This document shows, piece by piece, positions 29,808 through 38,466 of a stretch of 64,000 nt of DNA. Origin of the DNA: Gammaproteobacteria bacterium (GTDB lineage: Bacteria; Pseudomonadota; Gammaproteobacteria; Ga0077536). Position 1 is the stretch's first letter. The number at the start of each line of letters is the position of its first letter. A program made the translations under genes and the position numbers. The notes below the pieces were generated by a model, which was not told the DNA's origin, searched no databases, and worked only from the letters and a program-made list of their open reading frames with translations. The DNA is taken from contig JBFWUN010000022.1 of the NCBI GenBank assembly GCA_050247235.1, positions 1,016 to 65,015 of the forward strand, in the 5' to 3' direction.

Positions 29808-31275
29808 GACCTTGCCCGGCTGGCTCGCGACCCACCTGCGCGAGCGGCCCCACCAGCCGGCGATCTGCTGCGGCGAGCGCTGCGTCACCTACGCGGAGTT
29901 CGCCGCGCTCGCTGCCGGTTTCGCGCGACTGCTCCACGACGAATGCCCGCAGACGTCCGGCGCACGCGTCGCGTACCTCGGGGCAAACAGCATCGAGATG
30001 CTCGCGCTGGTGTTCGCGTGTGCCGCGACGGGCTGCGTGGCGGTGCCGCTCAACTGGCGGCTCGCGCCGGCCGAACTCGACGCGGTGCTTGCGGATGCGA
30101 CCCCCGCGGTGCTGTTCGTCGAAGATTCGTGCGCGACGCTCGCGGCCGCGCTCGACACGTCGCTCCCGCGACGTTCGCTCGCCGTTACCCCGGTGTCCGG
30201 GCGAGACTCCGCGAGTCTCCTGACCGCGCGCATGCCGGACCCGGATCTTCCCGTACTGCTCTGCTACACCTCCGGGACCACCGGCCGCGCGAAGGGCGCC
30301 GTGCTGACCACGCGGACCCTCGTCTGCAACGCGTGGAACGCGGCGCACATGCACGACCTGACGTCGGCCGATCGCGTGCTGACGGTACTGCCGCTGTTCC
30401 ATGTCGGCGGGCTCAACATCCAGACGTTGCCGGCGCTGCGCTGCGGCGCCGAAGTCCTGCTGCTGCCGCGCTTCGATGCGCCGGCAACCCTGCACGCGAT
30501 TGCCCACGCACGGCCTACGCTCACGGTGCAGGTCCCCGCCACGTTGCAGGCGCTCGACTCCCTGCCGGCGTGTGCGGCGACCGATTTCTCGTCGCTGCGC
30601 GCGATCACGACGGGCTCGACGGACGTGCCGCGCGATCTCATCGCACGCTGGCACGCGCGTGGCGTGCCGGTCATCCAGGTCTACGGGGCCACCGAGACCG
30701 GGCCGGTGGCGATCTACCAGCGCATCGAGGACGCGTACGCCACGGCCGGCGCGATCGGTCGCGCCGGCCTGCACACCGCGATCCGGATCGTCCGGCCGGA
30801 CGGCTCAGCCTGCGCGGTGGGCGAGCCGGGCGAAATCCTGGTCCAGGGGGATCACGTGGTGCGCGGCTACTGGCGGGGCGTGCAGGAGGAGGTGTTCGCG
30901 AACGGCTGGTTCCACAGCGGGGATGTCGCGGAAGTCGACGCGCACGGGGTGTACTGGTTCCGGGATCGGCTGAAGAACGTGATCATCTCCGGTGGCGAGA
31001 ACATCTACCCCGCCGAAGTCGAGCGGGTGCTCCGCGATGTGCCGTGCGTGCGCGAAGTCGCGGTGGTCGGCCGCGCCGATCCGCACTGGGGGGCGGTGCC
31101 CGTCGCCGCGATCGTCGCCGACCCGGGATTCGACCCGGCAGCAGTGCCGGCCGCCTGTGCCGACCGGCTCGCGCGTTACAAGTGGCCGAAGGACGTGATC
31201 GTGCTCGCGGGGTTGCCGCGCACGGCGCTCGGCAAGGTTGACCTGGCGGCACTGCGCGAGCGGATCGCCGGATGA
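29800..31275 (+). CDS. AMP-dependent synthetase/ligase, acyl- or aryl-CoA ligase
   Basis: 491 aa. The AMP-binding motif is LCYTSGTTGRAKGAV. Also present are YGATETG, GWFHSGDVAEVDAHGVYWFRDRLKNVIISGGENIYPAEVE and LPRTALGKV. ATGACTGA gives an 8-nt overlap with the upstream gene. Confidence 0.85.
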   Translation: MTETLPGWLATHLRERPHQPAICCGERCVTYAEFAALAAGFARLLHDECPQTSGARVAYLGANSIEMLALVFACAATGCVAVPLNWRLAPAELDAVLADATPAVLFVEDSCATLAAALDTSLPRRSLAVTPVSGRDSASLLTARMPDPDLPVLLCYTSGTTGRAKGAVLTTRTLVCNAWNAAHMHDLTSADRVLTVLPLFHVGGLNIQTLPALRCGAEVLLLPRFDAPATLHAIAHARPTLTVQVPATLQALDSLPACAATDFSSLRAITTGSTDVPRDLIARWHARGVPVIQVYGATETGPVAIYQRIEDAYATAGAIGRAGLHTAIRIVRPDGSACAVGEPGEILVQGDHVVRGYWRGVQEEVFANGWFHSGDVAEVDAHGVYWFRDRLKNVIISGGENIYPAEVERVLRDVPCVREVAVVGRADPHWGAVPVAAIVADPGFDPAAVPAACADRLARYKWPKDVIVLAGLPRTALGKVDLAALRERIAG

Positions 31276-31317
31276 CGACGGGACGCGTGTTCATTGAACG
31301 CCGCGGCGATGGTTTGT

Positions 31318-31430
31318 CGTGCGGGAGACGTTCCGCGCTCTCGAGACACGCGGTGAATCCATCCCTGGAGGCTCGCGCGCCGCATCCCTGCGGCGCGACG
31401 GTCTCGAGAGCGCGGAACGTCTCCCGCACG
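31318..31430. repeat. Copy 1 of a hairpin element of about 113 nt (30-bp perfect stem and a conserved 53-nt core)
   Basis: 31318-31347 (cgtGCGGGAGACGTTCCGCGCTCTCGAGAC) is the exact reverse complement of 31401-30. The core at 31348-31400 is ACGCGGTGAATCCATCCCTGGAGGCTCGCGCGCCGCATCCCTGCGGCGCGACG. It lies between convergent genes. The element also generates the mirrored spurious ORFs MRETFRALET... on both strands. Confidence 0.85.
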
Positions 31431-31461
31431 CCGCCAAGCCCCGGTGCGATCCGACGAGCGC

Positions 31462-34400
31462 TCAGACCATCAGCAATGCATCGGCACGTGTTTCCAGCGC
31501 CTGGGCAAGTGCATCCGCGAGCGTGCCGAGCCGTGAGACCGGCAACGTGAGCACGGCGGCGAACTGCGAGCGATCGAGCTGCGCGAGCAGGTCAACCGGG
31601 CACAGCGCGACGAGTCGTGCGTCCGGATCCGCGGCTCGCCAGCGCGCGAGCCAGCCGGGGCCTTCGCGCTCGATCAGTCCGTAATCGAACAGCAGCACCG
31701 TCGGTTCCAGTCCCGTGAGGGCGGCACCGGCATCCGCTGGTGTCGTGGCGATCCGCACCTTCGCGCCGAGCGTTGCGAGATCTTCGGCAAGCGCCGCGAC
31801 CCGCGGCGGATGCTCGCTCAGCACCACCACCCGGTGGTCGCGGAACGACGCCGGCGGCACCTCGGATGATGCCTGGGCCGGCGCGGGCAGGGTGAACCAG
31901 AACGTCGAACCGATCCCGGGCGTGCTGTCCACGCCGATCTTCCCCCCGAGCGCCTCGACGATCCGCCGCGAGATCGTGAGCCCGAGGCCGGTACCGCCGT
32001 AGTCGCGCGTGATCGACCCGTCGGCCTGGGTGAACGCGTCGAAGATCGCCGTGTGCTTGTCGGCGGCGATGCCGATCCCGGTGTCGCTCACCTCGACGCG
32101 GAGTGCGCCTGCCGGATCGCGCGACGCGTGGACGAGGACCTGGCCTTCGGGCGTGAACTTCAGCGCGTTGCCGACGAGGTTCGACAGCACCTGGCGCACG
32201 CGCAGCGGGTCGGAAGTGATCGTCGCCGGCGCGTCGTGCCGCCAGTGCAGGGTCAGTTCGAGCCGGTGATCGGCCGCGCGCGGGGCCATCAGGTCCACCA
32301 CGTCCGCGCACAGATCGCGCGGCGCGAACGGGATCGCCTCCACGCGCAGCTGGTGGGCCTCGATCCGCGAGAGATCCAGGATGTCGTTCAGCATCCCGAG
32401 CAGGGTCTTGCTGCAGGTCCGGATCATGTCGACGAGGTGGCGCTGGTCTTCGTTCAGCGTCGGTCCGACGAGCAGCTCCGCGCACCCCAGCACGCCGTTC
32501 AGCGGCGTGCGGATCTCGTGGCTCATCGTCGACAGGAACTCGGACTTGGCGCGGTTCGCGCGGTCGGCGGCGTCGCGCGCGGCGATCAGCGCATGCTCAG
32601 TCCGCTTGAAGGCCGTCACATCGAGATAGGTACCTGCCACGCCGATGATCGTGCCGTGCGCGTCGCGCAGCGGCACCTTGGAATGGTCCACCCAGGTCGC
32701 GTCGCGCGGTCCGCCCGCGATCTGCATGACCACGTTGAGCACTTCGGTGCCGAGTTCGAGCGCCCGCCGGTCGCTCTCGAGGGACTGTTCGAGTTCGGCG
32801 GGCTCGTAGCCGAGGTCGTGCAACGTGAGCCCGACGACGCTGTCGAAGCCGTGGTCCGCGGCGAACGCGCGGTTGGAGCCGAGGTAGCGGCCGTGGCGGT
32901 CTTTCCAGTAGACGCGCTGCGGCAGCAGGTCGAGCACCGTGCGCAGCAGGGCTTTCGATTCCTGCAGACGCGCGGTCGCGAGCTTGGTGGCCGTCACGTC
33001 CATGTGCGTGCCCGCGATCAGGCGCGGCAACCCCGCGGTGTCGCGGCTGACCACCTGTCCCCGCACCAGCGCCCACACCCAGTCGTTCTCATCACGGCGG
33101 ATCCGGTATTCCGCTTCGTAGAACGGCACGCCATGCCATAGATGTGCGGTGAACGCGCGCCGGACACGTTCGCGATCGTCCGGGTGGATCCGTTCCCAGA
33201 TGAGCGCTTCGTGCACGGACGCCTCGCCGGACAGTCCGTGGAGTTCACGCCAGCGATCGTTCACCACGAAAGTGCCGTGCATGTAATCCCATTCCCAGGT
33301 GCCGAGATCACCCCCGCGCACCACCAGGTTGAGCCGCGTCTCGCTCTCGCGCAGTGCGAGTTCGGCGAGCTTCGCCTCGTGGATATCGAACAGCACCCCG
33401 TCGACGTGCGTCACGTTATCCTCCAGGCCGGTGATCACCGTGCCCTGGCTCGAGACCCAGCGTTCGCTGCCATCGCGGTGGCGCATACGGTACTCGACCC
33501 GCCACGGACGCTGCTCCGCCAGCGCCGCCTCCACGCGACGCAGGCACTCCGGCAGGTCATCCGGGTGGATGAATCCGAGGATCGACGGCGCGTCCGGCCC
33601 GGTGTGGGCCGCGGCCGGGTAGCCGCTCAGCTTCTCGATGCCATCCGAGACGTGGACAATCGGCCAGCCTGCGCCCGCGACGCACCGGAACGAGACTGCC
33701 CCCGTGTTCTCGACGACGGACGCGATCAGGGCCTGCCGGTTCGCCGCCTCCCGTTCCGCCTCCTTGCGCGCGGTGATATCGACCAGCGTGCCGGTGAAAA
33801 TCCTGTGGCCGGCATCCTCGCGCGGCGTGGACCGGCCCTCGATCCACGTGGGCACGCCGTCGCGCCGCCGCAGCCGGAACTCGTGACGCCAGGGCTCGCC
33901 GTCGCGCACGGCCCGGTCGATCGACGCGCGCATCGCGGCCAGGTCGTCGGGGTGCACCTGCCGCAGCAAGGTCGCGAGCGGCACATCGGACACGCCGTCC
34001 GGCAGGTCGAAGAACGCGTGCAGCAGCGGACTGTGCGATTCGAACCGTTCCTCGCCGGTTGCCGTCCAGGTGTACTCGAACACGATGCCCGCGAAGTTGT
34101 TCACGATGCGCCTGACCTTCGCATCCAGCGCCGCGTTCGCCGCCTCGGCCGCACGGCGTGCAGAGATGTCGGTCAGCGAACCGGCGATGCGCGTGGCGCG
34201 GCCTGCCGTGTTCCAGATCGCCTGGCCGCGCGAGGCCATCCAGCGGTACGTGCCGTCCGCGTGGCGGAGCCTGAACTCGAGCGCATAAGGGGCGCGATCC
34301 CGCACGTGCGCCAATACCGTGTGCCTGAATTTCGGGACGTCATCCTGGTGCAGGCGCGCGCTGAATTCCGCCGCGCTGCGCGGCACGGCGTCTGCCGGGA

Positions 34401-35280
34401 GGCCCAGGAACTCGCCGAGCCGCGGGGAGAAATACGCCCGATCGCTCTCCAGGTCGACGTCCCAGATCACCGCTGCCGCACCATCCACCGCGAGGTTGAA
34501 GCGTTCCAGGTGCAGCCGGAGCGAATCCTCGCTCGCGCGCTGCGCGCGCGCCGCGGTGGCCAGCGCGTCGGCGAGCTGCCCGATCTCGCGGACCCGGGTG
34601 CGGGTGAATCCGCGCAGCACGTCCGCGAAATCGGGCGCGGTGGTCGCGCGCGTCAGTGCCGCAATGGGTGCGACGACGAGCCGCTGCACGAGCAGGAGCA
34701 GCACGGCGAACAGCAGCGCCAGCAACCCTGCCGTCCAGTAGACCTGGCCGTGGACATCCTCGGCGAGCATCGCCGCCTGCCCGGAGTAGTCCAGCACGAG
34801 TCGCACGTACCCGTGACGGCGGGCAGCATCCGCCACCGCCAACGTCACACGCATCGCGCAGGTGACCTGCGCGTGCCGGCGATCGAATTCGCAATGCTCG
34901 GCCGTGTCTCCCCGCAGGCGTTGCAGCGTTGCCCGTTCGTGCACGGGGAGCTCCGCGGCCGGCGTGTCGATCAGCCGCAGCGTGTCGGCAGCGATCACGC
35001 GCTGGCCGGCAACGACGAGAATGCTCGCGATGTCCGGCTCGGCGGCCATCGCGCTGACGATACGTGCGATCTGCGCGTCCTCCGCCAGCACGCCGACCGC
35101 GTTCACCACGCTGTGCGCGGCCAGCCGTCCGCGCGCGATCGAACGTTCCTCGAGCAGGTGCTGCAGCAGGTGCTCGGCACCGAGCAGCGTGGCCGCCAGG
35201 AACAGCGCCGCGACCACGACGAACGGTCCGAACAGGTGCCGCCGCAACGTGACCTGGGACACGGGCTCAGGGCGTCGCAT
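31462..35280 (-). CDS. Hybrid-type sensor histidine kinase with a periplasmic domain, about five PAS domains, HisKA-HATPase and a degenerate C-terminal receiver-like domain
   Basis: Start at Met90 of the track ORF (MRRPEPVSQVTLRRHLFGPFVVVAALFLAATLL). Two TM segments flank a region of about 190 aa. PAS modules include VLDLLPQRVYWKDRHGRYLGSNRAFAADHGF. Kinase motifs are the H-box FLSTMSHEIRTPLNG, the N-box LSNLVGNALKF, and DTGIGI and GGTGLGL. The C-terminal segment HRVVVLSEHPP...VLLFDYGL...LTLPVS lacks the usual DD pair and the conserved Lys. Confidence 0.85.
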   Translation of the reverse strand: MRRPEPVSQVTLRRHLFGPFVVVAALFLAATLLGAEHLLQHLLEERSIARGRLAAHSVVNAVGVLAEDAQIARIVSAMAAEPDIASILVVAGQRVIAADTLRLIDTPAAELPVHERATLQRLRGDTAEHCEFDRRHAQVTCAMRVTLAVADAARRHGYVRLVLDYSGQAAMLAEDVHGQVYWTAGLLALLFAVLLLLVQRLVVAPIAALTRATTAPDFADVLRGFTRTRVREIGQLADALATAARAQRASEDSLRLHLERFNLAVDGAAAVIWDVDLESDRAYFSPRLGEFLGLPADAVPRSAAEFSARLHQDDVPKFRHTVLAHVRDRAPYALEFRLRHADGTYRWMASRGQAIWNTAGRATRIAGSLTDISARRAAEAANAALDAKVRRIVNNFAGIVFEYTWTATGEERFESHSPLLHAFFDLPDGVSDVPLATLLRQVHPDDLAAMRASIDRAVRDGEPWRHEFRLRRRDGVPTWIEGRSTPREDAGHRIFTGTLVDITARKEAEREAANRQALIASVVENTGAVSFRCVAGAGWPIVHVSDGIEKLSGYPAAAHTGPDAPSILGFIHPDDLPECLRRVEAALAEQRPWRVEYRMRHRDGSERWVSSQGTVITGLEDNVTHVDGVLFDIHEAKLAELALRESETRLNLVVRGGDLGTWEWDYMHGTFVVNDRWRELHGLSGEASVHEALIWERIHPDDRERVRRAFTAHLWHGVPFYEAEYRIRRDENDWVWALVRGQVVSRDTAGLPRLIAGTHMDVTATKLATARLQESKALLRTVLDLLPQRVYWKDRHGRYLGSNRAFAADHGFDSVVGLTLHDLGYEPAELEQSLESDRRALELGTEVLNVVMQIAGGPRDATWVDHSKVPLRDAHGTIIGVAGTYLDVTAFKRTEHALIAARDAADRANRAKSEFLSTMSHEIRTPLNGVLGCAELLVGPTLNEDQRHLVDMIRTCSKTLLGMLNDILDLSRIEAHQLRVEAIPFAPRDLCADVVDLMAPRAADHRLELTLHWRHDAPATITSDPLRVRQVLSNLVGNALKFTPEGQVLVHASRDPAGALRVEVSDTGIGIAADKHTAIFDAFTQADGSITRDYGGTGLGLTISRRIVEALGGKIGVDSTPGIGSTFWFTLPAPAQASSEVPPASFRDHRVVVLSEHPPRVAALAEDLATLGAKVRIATTPADAGAALTGLEPTVLLFDYGLIEREGPGWLARWRAADPDARLVALCPVDLLAQLDRSQFAAVLTLPVSRLGTLADALAQALETRADALLMV

Positions 35281-36289
35281 CGGCGAATGCCGGCGGTGCG
35301 CCGACCAGCGCGCGGAGCTCGGCCGGCGTGTATCGCCGGGTGATCTCGCCGATGGCCTGCAACATCGCGGCGCAGCGCGTGAGGATCGGTGGCAGGAAGT
35401 CAGGATCGGACAGCAGCGCCGGCTGGTCCGTCGCCGCGAGGATCCGGATTTCGCCGGCCAGCTGCGCCGCGATTTCACGCGGGGTGACGCCGAGCGCGCC
35501 GGCCATCCGCGCGTGTGCGTCGGCGGGTTCGCGTGCGTGGTAGGCAACGGCCTGCCAGTATGCGCGCGTGAATGCCGCGACGCGCGCCGGCGGGGTGCGC
35601 GGGCTGAACATCAGCAGGTCCGGTACCGCGCGCGGCAGCGCGCGCGTGTCGAATATCGGTGTCAGCGCGAAACGCGCGTCCAGCTGCTGGCGGATCGGTG
35701 AGTAGGTGACCACGGCGTCCACGGCGTCGGTGGCCAGCAGTGCCGCCAGTCCCTGCTGCGGGCCCGGCACGAGCGTGATCTCGTCGAGGCGCACCCCGGC
35801 ACGTGCAAGTGCCACCCCCAGCACGTCGACATTCACCGAATCGGGCTCGAGACCGACACGGCGTCCGCGCAGATCCGACACCTGCGAGATCCCGGGGCGC
35901 GCGAGGATGACGTCTCCGCCGGTTGACGTGTCGACGACCGCGGCGATACGTGGCAGGTGCGGGCTGCGCGCATCCGCGAGCAGCGCCTCGACGGGGGTGC
36001 CGAAGAAGCCGTCCAGCTGGCCGCGCTCGAACGCACGACGCGCGTCCGGCAGCGACGAGAACTCCACCAGCCGGACAGCGAGCCCGGCCTGCGCGAAATA
36101 CCCGAGGTCGCGCGCAAGAAACGCGAACGCGTACCCGGGCCAGGGATTGATGCCGACCCGCAGCGGCGGCTCCGGAGCGCTGCCGCAGCCTGCGCACAGC
36201 AGGAGCACCCAGGCAAGCAGTCCTCGGCCTGCGTGGCGGACACTGCGCCTGTACCACCGCGCTGCGCGCCGCGCGCCGATCGTGTGCAT
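35267..36289 (-). CDS. Periplasmic solute-binding lipoprotein, NMT1/SsuA-like
   Basis: Start at Met131 of the track ORF: MHTIGARRAARWYRR...LLLCAGC|GS, which is a lipobox. It continues LRVGINPWPGYAFAFLARDLGYF...LRGRRVGLEPDSVNVDVLG. It overlaps the kinase start by 14 nt. Confidence 0.65.
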   Translation of the reverse strand: MHTIGARRAARWYRRSVRHAGRGLLAWVLLLCAGCGSAPEPPLRVGINPWPGYAFAFLARDLGYFAQAGLAVRLVEFSSLPDARRAFERGQLDGFFGTPVEALLADARSPHLPRIAAVVDTSTGGDVILARPGISQVSDLRGRRVGLEPDSVNVDVLGVALARAGVRLDEITLVPGPQQGLAALLATDAVDAVVTYSPIRQQLDARFALTPIFDTRALPRAVPDLLMFSPRTPPARVAAFTRAYWQAVAYHAREPADAHARMAGALGVTPREIAAQLAGEIRILAATDQPALLSDPDFLPPILTRCAAMLQAIGEITRRYTPAELRALVGAPPAFADATP

Positions 36290-36425
36290 ACCGGGGAGAC
36301 TCGGGATCGTTGGACCGATTCTCTGTAGCGGACCGTGGTCCCCGGTCTTGAGCTCCGCTGGCCTGCCCGCCCCGCCACGGTCAGAATCGCCGCATGCCGC
36401 CGCTCGACCAGCCCGTGTTCCCGCG

Positions 36426-37685
36426 ATGAGTACGCGCCGCGTCGCGATGGTCCGCCTCGCATGCCTCGTGTTCGCGGGTGAAGCGGTCTTCAGCCTGCCG
36501 TTCCACGTGCCGAGGTTCTTCCGTCCCGCGCTGCTCGAGACCGCGGGACTCACGAACACCACGCTCGGTGACGTGTTCGCGGTGTACGGCGTGACCGCGA
36601 TGCTGGCGTATTTTCCGGGCGGGGCGCTCGCCGATCGTTTCCCGGCACGTGGACTGCTCGCAGGCTCGCTGCTCGCCACCGCGGCGGGCGGGCTCTACCT
36701 CGCGAGCTTTCCCGGTGCCGCCGGCCTTCGCTGGCTGTACGGGTACTGGGGCCTGACGACGATCCTGCTGTTCTGGGCCGCGCTCATCCGCGCCACGCGG
36801 GACTGGGCCGGCCCGCTCGCGCAGGGCCGTGCGTTCGGCATTCTCGACGGGGGCCGCGGGCTCGCCGCCGCGGTACTCGCATCGCTTGCAGTCACGCTGC
36901 TCGCGCGCGCAGGTGCGACCTCGGACGCGCCGCTGCGCCACGTGGTCCTGTTCTACACGGCCACGACCGCAGGCGCGGGACTGCTGTGCTGGTGGGTGCT
37001 GCCCGGCGGGACCGCGCCGGGCGCCGGCGCGTTTCCTGCCGTCGCCCGCCTGCGGGAAATCTGCACCGGGCGCGTGATCTGGCTGCAGGCGGCGATCGTC
37101 GTGACGGCCTACTGCGGGTACAAGGGGCTCGACTACTACGCGCTCTACGTACAGCAGGCGCTCGGCCGGACGGCGACCGAGGCAAGCGCGTGGTTCGCGG
37201 CGACGGCGTACCTGCGGCCGCTTGCGGCGATCGCGGCGGGATTCGCGGCCGATCGGATCGGGGCGGGACGCCTGGTCACGGCCATCTTCCTCGCCGGGGC
37301 GGTGGGGTATGGCGTGCTCGGTGCCGGTGCCGGCCCGGCGGGTGTCGTCACCGCCACCCTGCTGCTGACGATCGCCGCGGTCTACGCGCTGCGCGGGGTG
37401 TATTTCGCCCTGCTGCAGGAAGCGCGCGTGGCGCCCGCGCTGTCGGGCACCGCGGTCGGGCTGATCTCAGTGGTGGGTTACACGCCGGACGTGTTCTTCG
37501 CGCCGATCGCCGGACGGCTGCTCGACGCGACGCCGGGCGCGGCCGGCTTCGCGCATGTCTTCACGCTGCTGGGCGGACTTTTCATGCTCGGCGCCACCGC
37601 CGCATGGGGATTGCGGCGACACGTCGCGCGGGCCCCCGTGCTCACGCCCCCGGATCGGCGAGCGCGCGGACTTCCGCCATGCTGA
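36426..37685 (+). CDS. MFS-type transporter
   Basis: Start at MSTRRVAMVRLACLVFAGEAVFSL. About 419 aa with about 12 hydrophobic segments, including GGALADRFPARG between TM2 and TM3 (an MFS-like loop). The upstream part of the track ORF is shadow sequence. Confidence 0.7.
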   Translation: MSTRRVAMVRLACLVFAGEAVFSLPFHVPRFFRPALLETAGLTNTTLGDVFAVYGVTAMLAYFPGGALADRFPARGLLAGSLLATAAGGLYLASFPGAAGLRWLYGYWGLTTILLFWAALIRATRDWAGPLAQGRAFGILDGGRGLAAAVLASLAVTLLARAGATSDAPLRHVVLFYTATTAGAGLLCWWVLPGGTAPGAGAFPAVARLREICTGRVIWLQAAIVVTAYCGYKGLDYYALYVQQALGRTATEASAWFAATAYLRPLAAIAAGFAADRIGAGRLVTAIFLAGAVGYGVLGAGAGPAGVVTATLLLTIAAVYALRGVYFALLQEARVAPALSGTAVGLISVVGYTPDVFFAPIAGRLLDATPGAAGFAHVFTLLGGLFMLGATAAWGLRRHVARAPVLTPPDRRARGLPPC

Positions 37686-38394
37686 GGTGGCGCCACGCGC
37701 CTTTCGCGAGCTCACCCAGTGCGAGCGAACCGATGGCCACCCGCACCAGTCGCAGCACGGGGTGCCCGACCGCTTCGAGCATGCGGCGCAACTGACGGTT
37801 GCGTCCTTCCGTGAGCGCGATCGCGAGCCACGCATTGCGTTCGCCACTGCGCAGGAGCTGCACGGCATCCGCGCAGAGGATTTCCCCGTCGGCGGACGGA
37901 ATCCCGGAGACCAGGCGTGCCAAGGTGGCTTCCTGCGGCAGTCCTTCGACCTGGACGTGATAAGTGCGCGTGACGTGGCGCGCGGGATCGAGCAGCGCCG
38001 CGGACCACGCCGAGTCGTTGGTGAACAGGAGCAGGCCCTCGCTTGCCTGGTCGAGCCGTCCGACGGGTGCGATCCACGGCAGCCGGCTCGTCGCGAAGCA
38101 CTGGTACACGGTGTCGCGCCCGCGTTCGTCGTGCGCCGTCGTCACGAGGCCGCGCGGCTTGTTCAGCATCACGTAGAGGCGTGTCGCCTGCGCAACTGCT
38201 TCGCCGTCCACCTCGATACGGCTCGTCGGCGTGGTCGGGGCTTCCGGGTCGCGCACGATCTGCCCGTCCAGGCGCACCCGTCCCGCGCTGACGAGCGCAG
38301 CCGCCGCGGCCCGCGAACACAGGCCCTGCTTGGACAGTGCGCGGGCGAGACCGATGCGGCGCTCTTCGCGATGACGGGGGCGTAGCGTGCGCAT
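37642..38394 (-). CDS. Pseudouridine synthase of the RsuA/RluB/RluE family with an S4 domain
   Basis: 250 aa. S4-like segment: IGLARALSKQGLCSRAAAAALVSAGRVRLDG. Catalytic motif: VGRLDQASEGLLLFTND. Also TEGRNRQLRRM. Confidence 0.85.
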   Translation of the reverse strand: MRTLRPRHREERRIGLARALSKQGLCSRAAAAALVSAGRVRLDGQIVRDPEAPTTPTSRIEVDGEAVAQATRLYVMLNKPRGLVTTAHDERGRDTVYQCFATSRLPWIAPVGRLDQASEGLLLFTNDSAWSAALLDPARHVTRTYHVQVEGLPQEATLARLVSGIPSADGEILCADAVQLLRSGERNAWLAIALTEGRNRQLRRMLEAVGHPVLRLVRVAIGSLALGELAKGAWRHLSMAEVRALADPGA

Positions 38395-38466
38395 GCCGCC
38401 AGTGTAGCGGCTTCGCGCTCGCCGGTTGAGACCAGCACGGCATCGCCGAAGATCGCCCGCGCGGCA

